Assembly: GCF_000315625.1 (NCBI RefSeq)
Contig: NW_005434660.1
Span: 482,711-546,710 of the forward strand
Length of the DNA: 64,000 nucleotides
Source of the DNA: Guillardia theta CCMP2712
Lineage: Eukaryota > Protista > Cryptophyta
Reading direction: 5' to 3'
Part shown: piece by piece, positions 1 to 12,082 of the stretch
Layout: each line of letters opens with the position of its first letter
Position numbering within the stretch: position 1 is the first letter of the stretch
The notes under the pieces: model-generated
The model's database searches: none
Seen by the model: only the letters and a program-made list of their open reading frames with translations
What the model was told of the DNA's origin: nothing
Translations under genes and position numbers: made by a program

Positions 1-2356
1 AGATTCCGTATTTCGACAAAGTCTAACTTCTTCAAAAGATTGTTTGAAGCGTCTAACTCTGTTAAGCTTGTAAGAACTTGGTTGATCTCCGATGGAATAG
101 CGCGGAGATCCATTCCATTCAAATCCAAAAATTTTGTTTCCAAACCAGTTGTGAACTTATCCATGTATTCCAAGATCGCTCCAATGCCCTCCTTAACAAT
201 CTCTACCGGTGGGTCCTTCAAATCGTTTCCACCAATTTGAAGTCTAGTCAATTGTCGAAGATTCCGAAATGTTAGTGGAAGCCTCCTTATCAGATTCGAA
301 TCAAATGCCAAGAAACTCAAGTCGTTCAGATCTCCAAGCGAATTTGGTAGTGTAGGTATCCTGGAAAGATCGATAGAATCACCACATCGAGAAGAGGCAA
401 AAAAGAACGGCTTACCTGTTAAATGAGACATTCAAATGATGCAGTTCAGTACACGCTCCTATTTCTGCCGGAAGTTTGTTGATCGAATTATGACTTACAT
501 CCATATACGTTAAAGCTTGAAGGTTTCCTATTTCAGCTGGCAGCTTTTTAAGCCGATTTCCCGGTACTCTTAGCAATTTCAAAGATTTGAGTGTAGCAAA
601 ATGATGTGATAATCGGGTCAACTGATTATCTGCCATGGATAATTCTTCCAGACATCCAATTTTTGCAATTGAATGAGGGAAAGCTTGTAACAAATTCTCG
701 TCTAAATTGAGTCGTTTCAATCTCATACCTTCCAAGTCATCAGGTAAAAACCTGTCAAAAGAGCAGTAAGATCTTCGTTATGGGTTGGAAGATATACTCA
801 CTTTAGTTTGTTCTTTTGCATCGACAATTCCTCCAAGCTTGTTAGACGACCCAAGCTGCCTTCGGGAACTTCTTTGATACCATTTCCATCTAGATACAAG
901 ACTCGAAGGAATTCTAATTCAGAAACTTGGGATGATAATTTATCCAATTGATTGGAATTGAGCATTAGAACTTGAAGCGTGCTCATTTGCCCCAACACCT
1001 GCATGGTGATTTAGAAAACCTTTTAAGAAGGAACAGGCATTTCACCGCTGGAAACTTGTTGAAGCTGTTATTATTCAATTCAAGATGTGTGAGTGCAGTG
1101 AGCTCGGCTGATTGATCTGGCAAAGTTCGTAGGGCATTACCATTGAGAATTAATTTCACAATATACGGAACGTGCCATATTTCACCAGGCATTTCTGAAA
1201 CACCAAGTGCGTTAAAGTTCAAGATTTTGGTTTTCTGTGCATATATAAATTTCTGGAGATACTCCTTAATCATTGATGCTCCTTGCTTCACAACTTCAGG
1301 TGGTGGGGACGAGATTGCATTACCAGCAGCATCGAAATCTTCAAGTCGATCAAGCATTGCCAAGGCAAGTGGAAGCCTACGCAGCTTGTTGTCCGCGATC
1401 GATATTTTGCGAAGATCCTTGAGCTGCCCAATCCAATTTGGAATGTCCATGATTTCGTTTGACGAGATTTGGAGCTCTTGCAAGCAAGTCAGCTCCCGAA
1501 TAACCTCAGGCATTCGGAGAAATTTGTTGCTATTGACGCTCAATCGTTCTAAAGTTGGAGCCCACTGAACCAAGTCTTCAGGGAGAACCTTCAAATTGTT
1601 ATCAGACAGTTTCAGCTCTTCTATGTTTGATAGTTCTAAGCATTCGGCAGGAATCTCACTCAGATTCAGATGTCGAAGGTCGAGAATCTTGTCGTTAACA
1701 GCCCTGTGAAGCCTTTGCAGATACTTGATTGATGCTTGCATCCCTTTAGCACGTATCCAGTCTGGTGGCACTTGTAATTCATTATGATCGATCATCAACT
1801 CTCGAAGCATGGTGCATTGTCCAAGAGAATATGGCAACTTAGTCAAGCGGTTTTCAGACAGAGACAGCACAGACAACTGAGTGCAGTTGCCTATCTCCTC
1901 CGGTAGGTCTTCCAACTCATTGTTTTGGATCCATAAAACTGAAAGTTTCTGCAAATTCGAAATTGACGACGGTATTTCCTTGATGTTATTATTATACAGC
2001 CTTATTTGGTTTAGCTCTTGTAAGTTTCCTATTTCTGTAGGTATCTCTGATATATTGTTATCATGCAGCCAAAGCACTTTGAGTTCTGTCAACTCAAAAA
2101 TATCCGCGGGGATCTCAGTAAGGCCCATCCCGCCAAGATCGAGCTTTTTTAATTTACGCGCTTGTTCGATTGCTTTGTCTATTTTTCTCTTGGTGTCCTT
2201 ATTGAGCTTCTGGGCTTCTTGACGGGCTTTCGCTGCTCGAGCAGCCGCCAAGAAGCTGATGTTATCACCCTCTTGCTGGAGCATTTGCTGAGCCGCAGAT
2301 GCCTTAAGCATTGCCCCGAGGGCAAGCTTTGCATCGTTTCCTTGATTAGTCTCCAT
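1..2356 (-). CDS. Large leucine-rich repeat protein (SHOC2/LRRC40/Roco-type LRRs), multi-exon, runs off the left edge of the window
   Basis: ORFs 983-2356, 798-1004 and 412-735 carry continuous LxxLxLxxNxLxxLPxxI repeats. They are joined by short GT-AG introns (about 999-1045, 752-801, 361-415). Confidence 0.9.
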
Positions 2357-2559
2357 GATTTCTGCGGCTCCGAAGAAGGAGGGTCACGATCGTCTCTCAC
2401 GAGGTCAGGGATCAAGTTTGTACCATCCTCCTGAGGCTTGCCCCCCTCACCTCCCACTCCTCTTGATCCTGCCCTGCATTGAGACCAGGCTATGGCGCCA
2501 ACGCCCCTGACAGTTAACCAGCTGCAACGTGAGCTGTAACTGTCAATGCAACTTGTCAA

Positions 2560-3005
2560 CAAGGGCCCGCCGGCTCCCGAGTCCGACGGTCACGGTACGG
2601 TACGGTCCCGGAGGCCGCAGTCACCGTGGCTGACTAACAGGCTGAGGGCCCAGCCGCGCCCGGCGGCCGCGCGGCCAGCCTGAGTCAGTGGCATCATCAT
2701 CCGGCATCTGACTGACTAACTTCCGACCGCCGAAGGCGCGGGTTCCGACGGCTGTGCACGGTTCCGAAATTCGAAAACTTTCCGAGGTCACGCGGGAGAG
2801 GACTCTCGCCGCGTGGGCGGTGCGACAGCGCGGCTGGCCGGGCGGGCGGTCCGCCCCGGCCACCGAGCCCCGCGCGGGCTGATCGGAACTTCGGAACGGT
2901 ATGACTCACGCCCGGGACAGTGATCATCCCCCGCCCCCCGGCCCCGCGCCGCCGGATCACTGTTGAAACCGAGGCAGGCTTGCTACTCACTGAAGAGTGA
3001 AGTTA
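2560..3005. promoter_or_regulatory. GC-rich intergenic island between divergent genes (putative bidirectional promoter)
   Basis: Very GC/CpG-rich non-coding stretch with CCGG/GGCC runs, TGAGTCA at 2681 and TGACTCA at 2902. It lies between the starts at 2356(-) and 3060(+). Confidence 0.45.
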
Positions 3006-3059
3006 TAACTGAGGCAGGCTTGCTACAGGAGCCGCACTGATGATAGCAGGAGTATCACG

Positions 3060-5032
3060 ATGTCGAGGGTGAGAGGCTCGTTGCTGGTCTGCTTGCTGCT
3101 CTCGCAAGCGAGACCGAGGGGCTCCAAAGCTCTCTCCGATACCCTTGATGGGCAATCGATAGCTATGTGCAATTTGAGGCTGAGAGGAGGCAGCGAGAAC
3201 GAGAAAAGGAAGATGCCGTCCATTGAAGAAGTGTATGCCTTCGTAGCTCAGAAGAAGGTTGTTTTCACTGAGGTTTGACGAGTACAGCTGAGCTTGGGGT
3301 TTCAATGCCAGAAAGAGTGGGAGTATTGCACTCAACCCGGCCCGTACGGCACAGGAGTTCCCCTGAGGGACTTCGAGGTGATGGATTACGTTGAGGTTTC
3401 TAATGATTCTAGGACCCAGATACCGCATGTTGAAGGGGTCGACTTTAAAAAAGATCCCAGAGAAGATGTACACTTCTTTGGTCCGAATTTCAATGGGCAG
3501 ACTCCAGGGCCAGAGGCAGCTATTACTAGGACATTTTCGTTCCTCACGGATTTGTCAGGTTTGGAGGAATCCAAGCGAGGAGAACCGCCGGTTGGTAAGA
3601 GTGATCTCTGAGTTCCACCTTTTAAATGCTTGTATCTGATCAAAAGGAGCTGACAAAAGTTTCTTGTCCATAGGGATTTAGTATCTGTCCTGAAACGGCT
3701 CCGCTGAATTTAGTCTTGGAAGACGCGAAGCGGTCAGATGTTGCAATCGGAACGATCGACCTGACATCTAACAGGATCTTACAAGAGGGTGAAGAAAGAA
3801 AGAGGTTTCACGAGAAGTGCGCTCTTTCCTGTTATATTGTGCGAAGACGCTAATGGGTCTGTTAGGTATGGTTTTTATCCTGAACAGGTGCATTCATTCT
3901 ACGTTTTCCTCCACTCAATGTTGCTGCATATAAGCCCCCTCCGGCCGAAATAGATGGATATCCCACCTGGGTGAATTTTCAAGGCCTCAATTTCGATCGA
4001 TCTGAACATGTTCATAGCACTGGAGCCGTGAAAGTGGAACGATGCCTTGGCCCAATCTTCGAGATCACTTACCTCCTGGTAATTGCAATTACCTCACTTC
4101 CTTCGAATTCTCTTGGAGCTCAAACTTTACTTTAGGCTATCATCAACTACGATATGCTGGGTAAATGCGATCGGTTGGTTGGATTTATCCAACACATACC
4201 CCAACGCAGGTCTTGCTACTTGTTGTCGCCAGACGGAACATTTGTACACACATGCGATCCTGCTGAACAGGTTGCTTGTAACCTAACTTGCCACCCAATG
4301 ATTGCAGCCAAGGATCCTCGTCAGTGGGGCTTGAAGGCGGAAGACAGAGGTCGTTGGGTAATTGATGGAGAGGGAATGCAGCCAGGCTCGACGATACATT
4401 TCCAGTAAGACTCTAACGAGATTGCATGATGCCCGTCTGACTTTCGTACGCGGCAGATTTTTTGACGAGAATCAGACTCATCTCGCCCTGACACTCTATT
4501 CTCGAGACTGTCCCCTGGTGCAGGTAGTTGTCCAATTATGCTCCCTTTCGATTTCAATCAATTCCTTTGCACCATAGAAATGGTGCTACACCGACGAAGA
4601 TTCGGATTTAGATAAGAGAATACGAGAGTGTACCGTCTGCATCCCCGAAGAAAGATTCTGGTGAGCCATCCATTTAGACGAGTATACCCTCATCGTTTTA
4701 CAGTTCAGAGGGCGAATGCTCGGACTGTGATAATTTCAAAGAGGTTCAGAACAATTGAGAAAGACATCCAGTGATGATGGTTGAATTATAGAAATTCATA
4801 CGTACTGGACTGTCGGACGAAGAATCTGCTCCTGAATTACCAGACGAGGCTTATAGGTGACATGATCACCTTCCACTAAATTTCTGATATCCTTATCCAA
4901 TTATTTTCTCCAGTGTGACAGGACCACCACTCGAGACCTTCTTGGTGCCTACGGAGGTTTTCTTACATTTGGTTCTGCCATCACGCGCTGATACTGCAAT
5001 AGGATCCAAACAATCAGCCTAAGATGCAATGA
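3060..5032 (+). CDS. Hypothetical protein with signal peptide followed by LRLRGG motif, multi-exon
   Basis: N-terminus MSRVRGSLLVCLLLSQA...NLRLRGGS. A series of in-phase exons is separated by ~50-nt GT-AG introns and ends ...DPNNQPKMQ* (TGA 5030-5032). No recognisable domain. Confidence 0.65.
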
Positions 5033-5078
5033 AGGAATATCCTTGATCTTGCAGAATACATGCGGGCTGTTTCGTGCC

Positions 5079-7485
5079 TTACACATCGGTGTCCCAAGTC
5101 ACTTTGTGCCGACATGAGGCTAAAGGAGTCAAACCGTTAGGACCATAGTGAATATTATTGCCATAGAGCAAAACCTGCACCAGGTTTGCACTCTTCAGTA
5201 TGAAATCCGCAAGGAGGAAGATACTCGTTGGACCGAGATTGTTGTGTTGTAGTCCAAGGTAGCTTATAGACGCACATTCGTGAAGAGCCGGAAGGATCAT
5301 CTTGAGACCATGATCTCCTAGCTTATTGTATCCAATCCCAAGGTCTTTCAGATACCGAAATTGAATTAGAACCCCGGAGAGCAACTTTGCTCCATCAGCA
5401 TACATTTGTACTCCTCCCAAGTTGAGGGTAACAAGATTGAATTTCGTGATTGTTAATGCAGAAGTTATATGCGACAGTCCCTGTAAATTTAATGCATCAC
5501 CTTCCATATTCAACTCCTTCAGACTTTTCATTCTCGCCAAACCAGCTGAGATCGGAACTGAAAGATTTGGACCATCGAAGTGACAAATGCTCACATCCAA
5601 TGCTTCAAGTGAATCAAATGAATTTTGCAAGCCAATGATAATGGAAGTTGTTCCTTCGTTCTTGATGGGATTTCGTCCAATAGAAAAAGAAGTAAGGTTG
5701 AAAAGGTGGATTAAAGAATTTCCGAGTGCCATTCCACCTGTCTCCGTTATCCCGTTTTCTGTCAGAAGCAAATGTTCTAGTTTGCTCATATTATGGAGAG
5801 GTTTCGCCAATGCTATCATTCCTTCGCTTGAGATCATATTCTTGGCCAGCGAAAGTCGCAACATTCCATGTCCAACACGACTCAAGGCCTCAGCGAGGTG
5901 GGTAGCTCCATCCGCGTTTATCTTGTTGTTACTCAAAGAAAGGTCTGTCAAGGTAACTATATTGCAAGCTATCAGTCCCTTTGAGAAAATGTGCATCCCC
6001 TGGGCACACATGGGATTTTGTCCGAGATCTAAGGTAGAGATTGACCGCCATAAACCCGTCTCAATCACAAACGCCAAACCGCAAGAAACCCAATTCACGC
6101 CGCAGGCCACACCAGGACTAACAATTCTATCCAGGGGAGATATATCCAGCATCACTGACGTCTCTCCTGGGATTGTGTTGTCCTTTAGCTTAAGTGTCTT
6201 TAAATTTTCGAGAAACGCTAAGGGCTCTAAGACGTATGTAGTCCCACGTTCGCCCGCGTATGTACTGGAAATATCTAGGTCCTCTAGATTTCGTAGGTTA
6301 GACAGAGACTGTGAGAGAGTTTTGAGCCCATCTGCACCGATTGGGTTGCTGGAAAGAACGAGCTTCACGAGCGAATCTGATGCAGGCTTGAATAGATTTG
6401 TCAAGCAACCAATGTCGTTGGCCCAAATCATGTTTCCCGCTATATCCAACTCTTCAATCGGAGATCGAATCCAAGAACCCTGCTCATTTGAATCTATCAA
6501 TGAATCAATCAGCAAAGGAACTCCACTCGACGCCATTTTGCTTTCACGAAGTGACAAATAACGAAGCTTCTTTATGTGCTTGAGAATGCTGAGGAGAGGT
6601 TCCAAATTCGATTCGACATTCAAGTTCGCTGTGTCCAACACAAGTGCTTCAATGTTGGTCCACTGGTCCAAGACTGCATGCAGAATTGTATCAGAAACAT
6701 GATTCCACCTCTCTCCCTGCGCATATATGTGTACTCGCCCTGTGAATCGCTTCAACTGCATCACTGTTGGAATTTGGTATCGCTGTTGTTGGACGAGTTT
6801 GCTATCCAACGGTTCCAGCGTCGGGTGTGACCTTCCTCCAACTCTGATCACACCATGGGTGGGGGGGAGCATGAACTTCAAGTATACTAGATCAGAATGC
6901 TGTAAAATCGTGCAAAACCTCCTACTCATAATGCAAAGTTACTGGCGAATTCAGGTAGTCATGTTCCACCAAAGCACCTGCTGACGAGCATATCGCGAAG
7001 GACAAGGTTTGGTGTGTATCCATATATCCGTTCAATGATGCCTTCAGGGAGACATAGTATCGAGGCTGATTCGCTTTCAGAAATCTCAAGGTCAAGGACA
7101 TCCTCTGCAACTCAAGGTATCAGCTACAACCTTGCACCAAACATCTCGCATGCCTTCACTAATATGACGCTCAAGTCGAGCAATACAAACAGCCATGAAA
7201 CGAATTCTAGTCTTCTAACCATAAACAGGTTTGTTGCCTGTCATGCTACATTCTACTCAACTTGAATCATGCCGACACCCTTTGTGCCCTGGAGCACCAT
7301 CCCCAATCACTCGACATGAACTAGTCGTCCTCTCCTTTCAATCAAACATGTGGAGTTTACATCTTCTGTCCATTTCCGATCTATGAACGTATGCATTCAA
7401 CGAGATCCCTGTGTCTTCGTCGCAACGTATCTTCCTCACCTCCCTCATCGTCGCATGTCGCCGCCAGATCCTCGACATTGGACAT
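5079..7485 (-). CDS. F-box / RNI-like (NLRC3/RanGAP-type) leucine-rich repeat protein
   Basis: 616-aa ORF of 28-residue RI-like LRRs (LxxLxLxxNxIxxxGxxxL). An upstream exon joined across an intron at ~6923-6979 gives ILCLPEGIIERIYGYTPNLVLRDMLVSRRFCTIL, an F-box pattern. The start at 7485 is tentative. Confidence 0.8.
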
Positions 7486-7906
7486 GATAGTGTTGCGCAG
7501 ATCGGGCCAACCCTTACTTGTTGACAGGAACTTGCTTTAAAAAACAATTATAATACACAAAAATATATAAGTTGTTAGTATCGAAGCTTGATTTTCTGAT
7601 ACAAAAATCACTACCACTAAGTTTGCCAGCCAGCGAGTTTGTAAGAGGTCTAGAACTTTTTATATTTTAATTTGTGACATATGGTACAAGAAATTCATTA
7701 CTTACTATAAATAAAACGTTTTAAACTCTCCACAAAATATAAAACTTCAAAACGCTCTCCCTGAGTTTTTCAATAAAAACTTGGAATTGATCTAAAATTA
7801 TTTTTGATGGTAAAATTCATTTTGGTGGTAGCTTCATATATATATGAAGTTTTAATTCATTAGGTCAAGTTTTAGCAAGACGTCTCTTCGCGTCGCCCCT
7901 TCTGCC

Positions 7907-10398
7907 ATGCAGGGCGCGACTTACGGCAGTGTCGCGGATCTGCCGCAGCCTCATGCGCCTCATGCGCCTCATGCGCCTCATTCACGCTGGAGAAGGTCAT
8001 TCGTCATCGCCTTCTCTGCTCTCTGCTGCGTTGCTGTGCTTGGCGGGGCTCTGATGCATTATCGGCATCCGGCTGTGATGGAGGATTGTGACGAGATCAC
8101 TTGCATGATGAACTCTCCGACGAAGCCTCCCGGTGCTGTACCTGCTACCCCAAGGACGCTGAGACCCGACGAAGTATCAAAACTTCAAGAGGCATTGAAG
8201 GAAGAGCAAGGGCTTGAACAGGAGGTATCCTAATTTTGCTTGAAGACAAGAACGTTTCATTACAATGACTGTCTGAAATCAGGTGCAAAGCGACATGGCG
8301 TATCTTGATGGCGAAAGCAAAGTGAATATCAACGTTGTAATGAATCCAGAGGGACCCAAAGGAAATCCTGGGCCCATGGGTGAGCAGGGTCCGCAAGGTG
8401 ATCCAGGTATTCCGGGACCAGTTGGAGTTGTTGGACCCCCAGGCGTGCCTGGACGCCGAGGGATCGTTGGACCTCAAGGACCACCGGGAGCTATCGGTGT
8501 GATCAGAACTTCCCTGTTCTGGGATAGAGGTAGTGATGTCCTGTTGGCAGGTCCTAAGGGAGATCCGGGCAAACAAGGGCCCGCTGGTCCTCCTGGCCCT
8601 GCTGGACCCTCGGGCGACACAGGAGTGGAAGGTGCTGACCGACTCTTCCTCCTTGACCGACTCTTCCTCCTTGACCGAATCTTCTTCATTGACATGGATG
8701 TGGGAGGATGTGACGTCTGATCGTTGGTGCAGGACCCAAGGGAGCGAAGGGTGCTCAAGGACCCCCAGGACCCATGGGTCCGGAACCACCTGCAGGACCA
8801 CCGGGACCCAAGTATGGTTTCTCCTCCGTGTCTCCTCTGTGTCTAAAAGGTAGTGCAGGGGTCCTCAAGGTCCACCGGGACCTGTTGGACCAATGGGTAT
8901 CGCAGGAGAGGCAGGTCCAGATGCCCCTGCGCCAGCATCGTTGCAGAGCACGGTGATCAATCCCGTCAATGGGGAGCCAGTTTCGGGTGCGACGATCAGC
9001 ATCTTGCGAGATGGGGTAACATAGAAAGCTTGAGAGCGTGTGTAGTTTATTTGTTGTCCAGGTTGAGTTGGCGAGCACCACTTCGGATGATCAGGGAGGC
9101 TTCAGTGTCTCGGTTCCTCCTGGACCTGTTCAGATTGTTGCTACAAGAGAAGGCTCGATGACTTACCGGACAACTACAATGTTGATGCCAAGAATGGTGG
9201 ATTCTGAAAGAATTATGTTGGCTCCAACCTTGCCTGCAGGAGCAGCTGGCATTGTTCTGGTTTGGAACAAGGTGATACCAGACATGGATTTGCACATGTC
9301 TACTCCTTGGGGGTGCAATGTCGACTGGACGAACTACGTTTGCCGGAATAGAGGAGGAGCCGGCAAAGCCCATCTAGACCGAGATGACATGTATGGGGGT
9401 GGACCAGAGACTATGACGATTGACACGCCAGCCCCTGGAGCATTCAAGGTGTTTGTCCAGAGATACAGCTCCGGGGACATTCACTTGAGTGAAGCCAGAG
9501 TGTACGTGTTTCAATCCGATGGACGCACTTTTCAATTTGACTTGAACAATGGAGATGGCGTGATTGAAGGCGATGACGATAATATCTGGAAGGTTTGCGA
9601 CATTGACGGACTGACCGGCAATGTTATAGCCACTGACAAAGCCAGACGTGTCATACAACTTGGGGCTGTTGGTTCTGCTGCAAGCACCGCAAAGAGTTAC
9701 TTCATGATCAGTGATTTCCAACGTGCTCCTTCAAGCAAAGCCAGTCTTGCATTCTGGATGCTTTCATCAGCTGACAACCTTGGAACTCCATTCTCGTATG
9801 CTGTGGATGGAATAGCAACAGATTTCACCCTGTCCAACTATAAGTCGTTCGTGTTGTGTGTTGGAGGCGAGTGCGGTCCTTTCTCCGATGTTCGCGCTAG
9901 TAATGGAAACTGGCATCACATTGCAGTTACCTGGGATGCATCATCTAATGATCCTAGAGGGAATGCCATCTTCTATCTTGATGGAAACAAAGTCTGGAGC
10001 GGTGATGTTGCAAAAGGCAAAAGTATCATGAATGGAGGAACTGTTGTGCTCGGCAATTCACAGACAGCTCCTGGTCAGGTTGGATCTGGAACTTCCAACT
10101 TTGTGGGTCAAATGTCAGATGTGTTGTGGGTGAATCGAGTAATGAGCGAAGTGGACGTGCAAGCTTTGATGATGTCACATGTTACCGGGCATGAAGCAGG
10201 AGCGGTTCTTGCGTTTGCGATGACCCAGCCGGATGATCACTTGACCAACCTGATGGACTACTCTACCTCCAACTACGTAGGAGAATTTATGGTGAGGGAT
10301 ATTCACTTGCAATTAACGGATGGTTGACTTGATACCAGGGCGACCCCAAACCGGAATTGATGTTTCCAGCGCAGGATTCGAGACCACCTAATTGGTAA
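7907..10398 (+). CDS. Type II membrane collagen-like protein with beta-sandwich, DUF2135/YfaP-like and pentraxin (LamG) domains
   Basis: N-terminal TM segment ([20 protein letters not shown]). Gly-X-Y repeats run over four exons (~8350-8920). A carboxypeptidase-regulatory-like segment follows ([16 protein letters not shown]...[14 protein letters not shown]), then LVW..DMDLHM.TP...LDRDD..GGGPET (DUF2135-like), then pentraxin hallmarks [15 protein letters not shown] and GGTVVLG..Q...FVGQMS. The last exon ends PPNW*. Confidence 0.85.
8636..8690 (+). repeat. 18-bp tandem repeat (tgaccgactcttcctcct, ~3 copies) inside an intron
   Basis: Directly visible within the intron at ~8632-8732. Confidence 0.8.
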
Positions 10399-10577
10399 TC
10401 GATACGAAGAGCACACGTAATTGTTTGTAAACATAATCCCCATCTGAAAACTGAACAAATTCTGACTTGGAGTATGCCTCGAAAGGCTATTTTTCTTGAC
10501 GAATCTTTATCTCTAATATCAAGTGACTTCTGAAATGGAAACGAACATGATATACTATTCTGATGTGCCTCCAGGGT

Positions 10578-12082
10578 TTAGTTAGATGGGTTGTCATCCT
10601 AAAGATTGTTATCAATCGCCTGCATGCACAAACACGCGCAACAATCACCTTGAGCAATCGGTTCAGACTTTCGATCTGCTCCTGCGTGATTGTGAGCAAC
10701 TCCTGCACCGCAATGCATGATTTTACCTGTGGAACGTTTTCAGCAGGCTTGGATTCGGTCTCATCCTTGGTCCCTAGGTCCATGATTCGTGATAGAGCTT
10801 GGGCATGGGCCTGAAGTCACATCTGAGGAAGATGCGAGCAGTTGCCAGCTTGGCACTTCACCTCTGCCAACTTAGGCTGCTCAGCTGCAGGATTCTCCCG
10901 CATGAAGAGATCAAGGGCGTTCACCACTAAGTGAAGCTAAGCTCCTCTCTACCTCATCAGGCAAAACCGTTTCACCTTGAGCGACCTTCCCATCAATTCC
11001 GTTAGCGCCATCGAGGACGGCGATGGCATCAGCCTATCATCGTGTCACTCAACCGCTGCAAGAAGGCAGTCACTCGCCTGCTCATAAAACGAGGAACGCT
11101 GCGACATAAGAGCATCCAGCAGTCCGCTCGCATCCGATTCAAGGAAGACAGCTGGAAAGAACCAAAGAACATAAGGCAGGTTGCAAAAGGCTTCCTGTCT
11201 GTTGGGGAGAAGCAGGCAGCCGGATGGAAGAGAGGGATGTAGAAACCTTCTTCGCTCTTCAAAGGCTTCTGAAGACCAACGTTCTCTAACAACTTAGGCT
11301 CCATCTTGCAGTAGACGACAAGACCCTTACAACACACGTCAGATTTTATTGTCGACCTTCTTTGTCAAAACTCACAGTCCTAAACTTCGCCCAGTTTTCA
11401 GATTGCAATGCAGCGCAGCTACCTGTGGATATCACGGCTCCATAATATGCCTGAAGCTGACAAAGCCACCATCATCCATCCATTTTCAACCCCCCTTTCC
11501 CCCAAATAGATCATCTCAGCCACCATCGCTCACTACATCATCTCACCTGATCAAGAACCGCCCGCTCAACCTTTAGGAACTCATCCTCTCCTAACTGCTC
11601 AAATGCCTTGTCGATCGGGACTTTGAGAAGCTCCGAGATGATCTCGTTGGTGTTGAAGTACTTGTAGCCCAGCTTCTTCGCTAGTTCTTGTCCCACCACT
11701 TCCTTGCTAGAACCATCCATCCCCACTGCTCGACATCATCTGCGCATGCAAGCATTTGGCAGAAGCTTACCGAGGAATATGTTCGACTTGGAGAGTTTAC
11801 TTTTGATTGCCCCGATGTCGACGCTCGCGCGCAAGTTTGATAATCTTGCCCGGGTGTTTTTCTTGTGGCTGACTGAGCTCACCACTGGTCTCAGCACAAC
11901 CTGATTGCTACCCATGTTTCGCAACGAGATGCCATCAGGCTTTACGAGCGACGACACTCCAAATGAGGTCGCTTGCCGCACGTAACTGTGTAGAAGGTTA
12001 TTGGTTCCATGAATCACAGCATCATTTCTTACAGGGAAAGAAGGAAAGAGGCCAAAAATCCCAACGTCCTTCTCAATGCCAT
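10578..12082 (-). CDS. Plastid-targeted shikimate kinase-like protein (likely non-catalytic)
   Basis: Signal peptide MALRRTLGFLASFLLSL...AATSF plus a Ser/Arg-rich transit peptide. Then NIFL|VGMDGSSKEVVGQELAKKLGYKYFNTNEII...FEQLGEDEFLKVERAVL...VISTG...ENW...GLVVY, the shikimate kinase fold. Confidence 0.8.

Noticed and set aside
5587-6561. 324-aa plus-strand ORF
   Set aside because: Antisense shadow of the F-box/LRR gene with no protein-like features.
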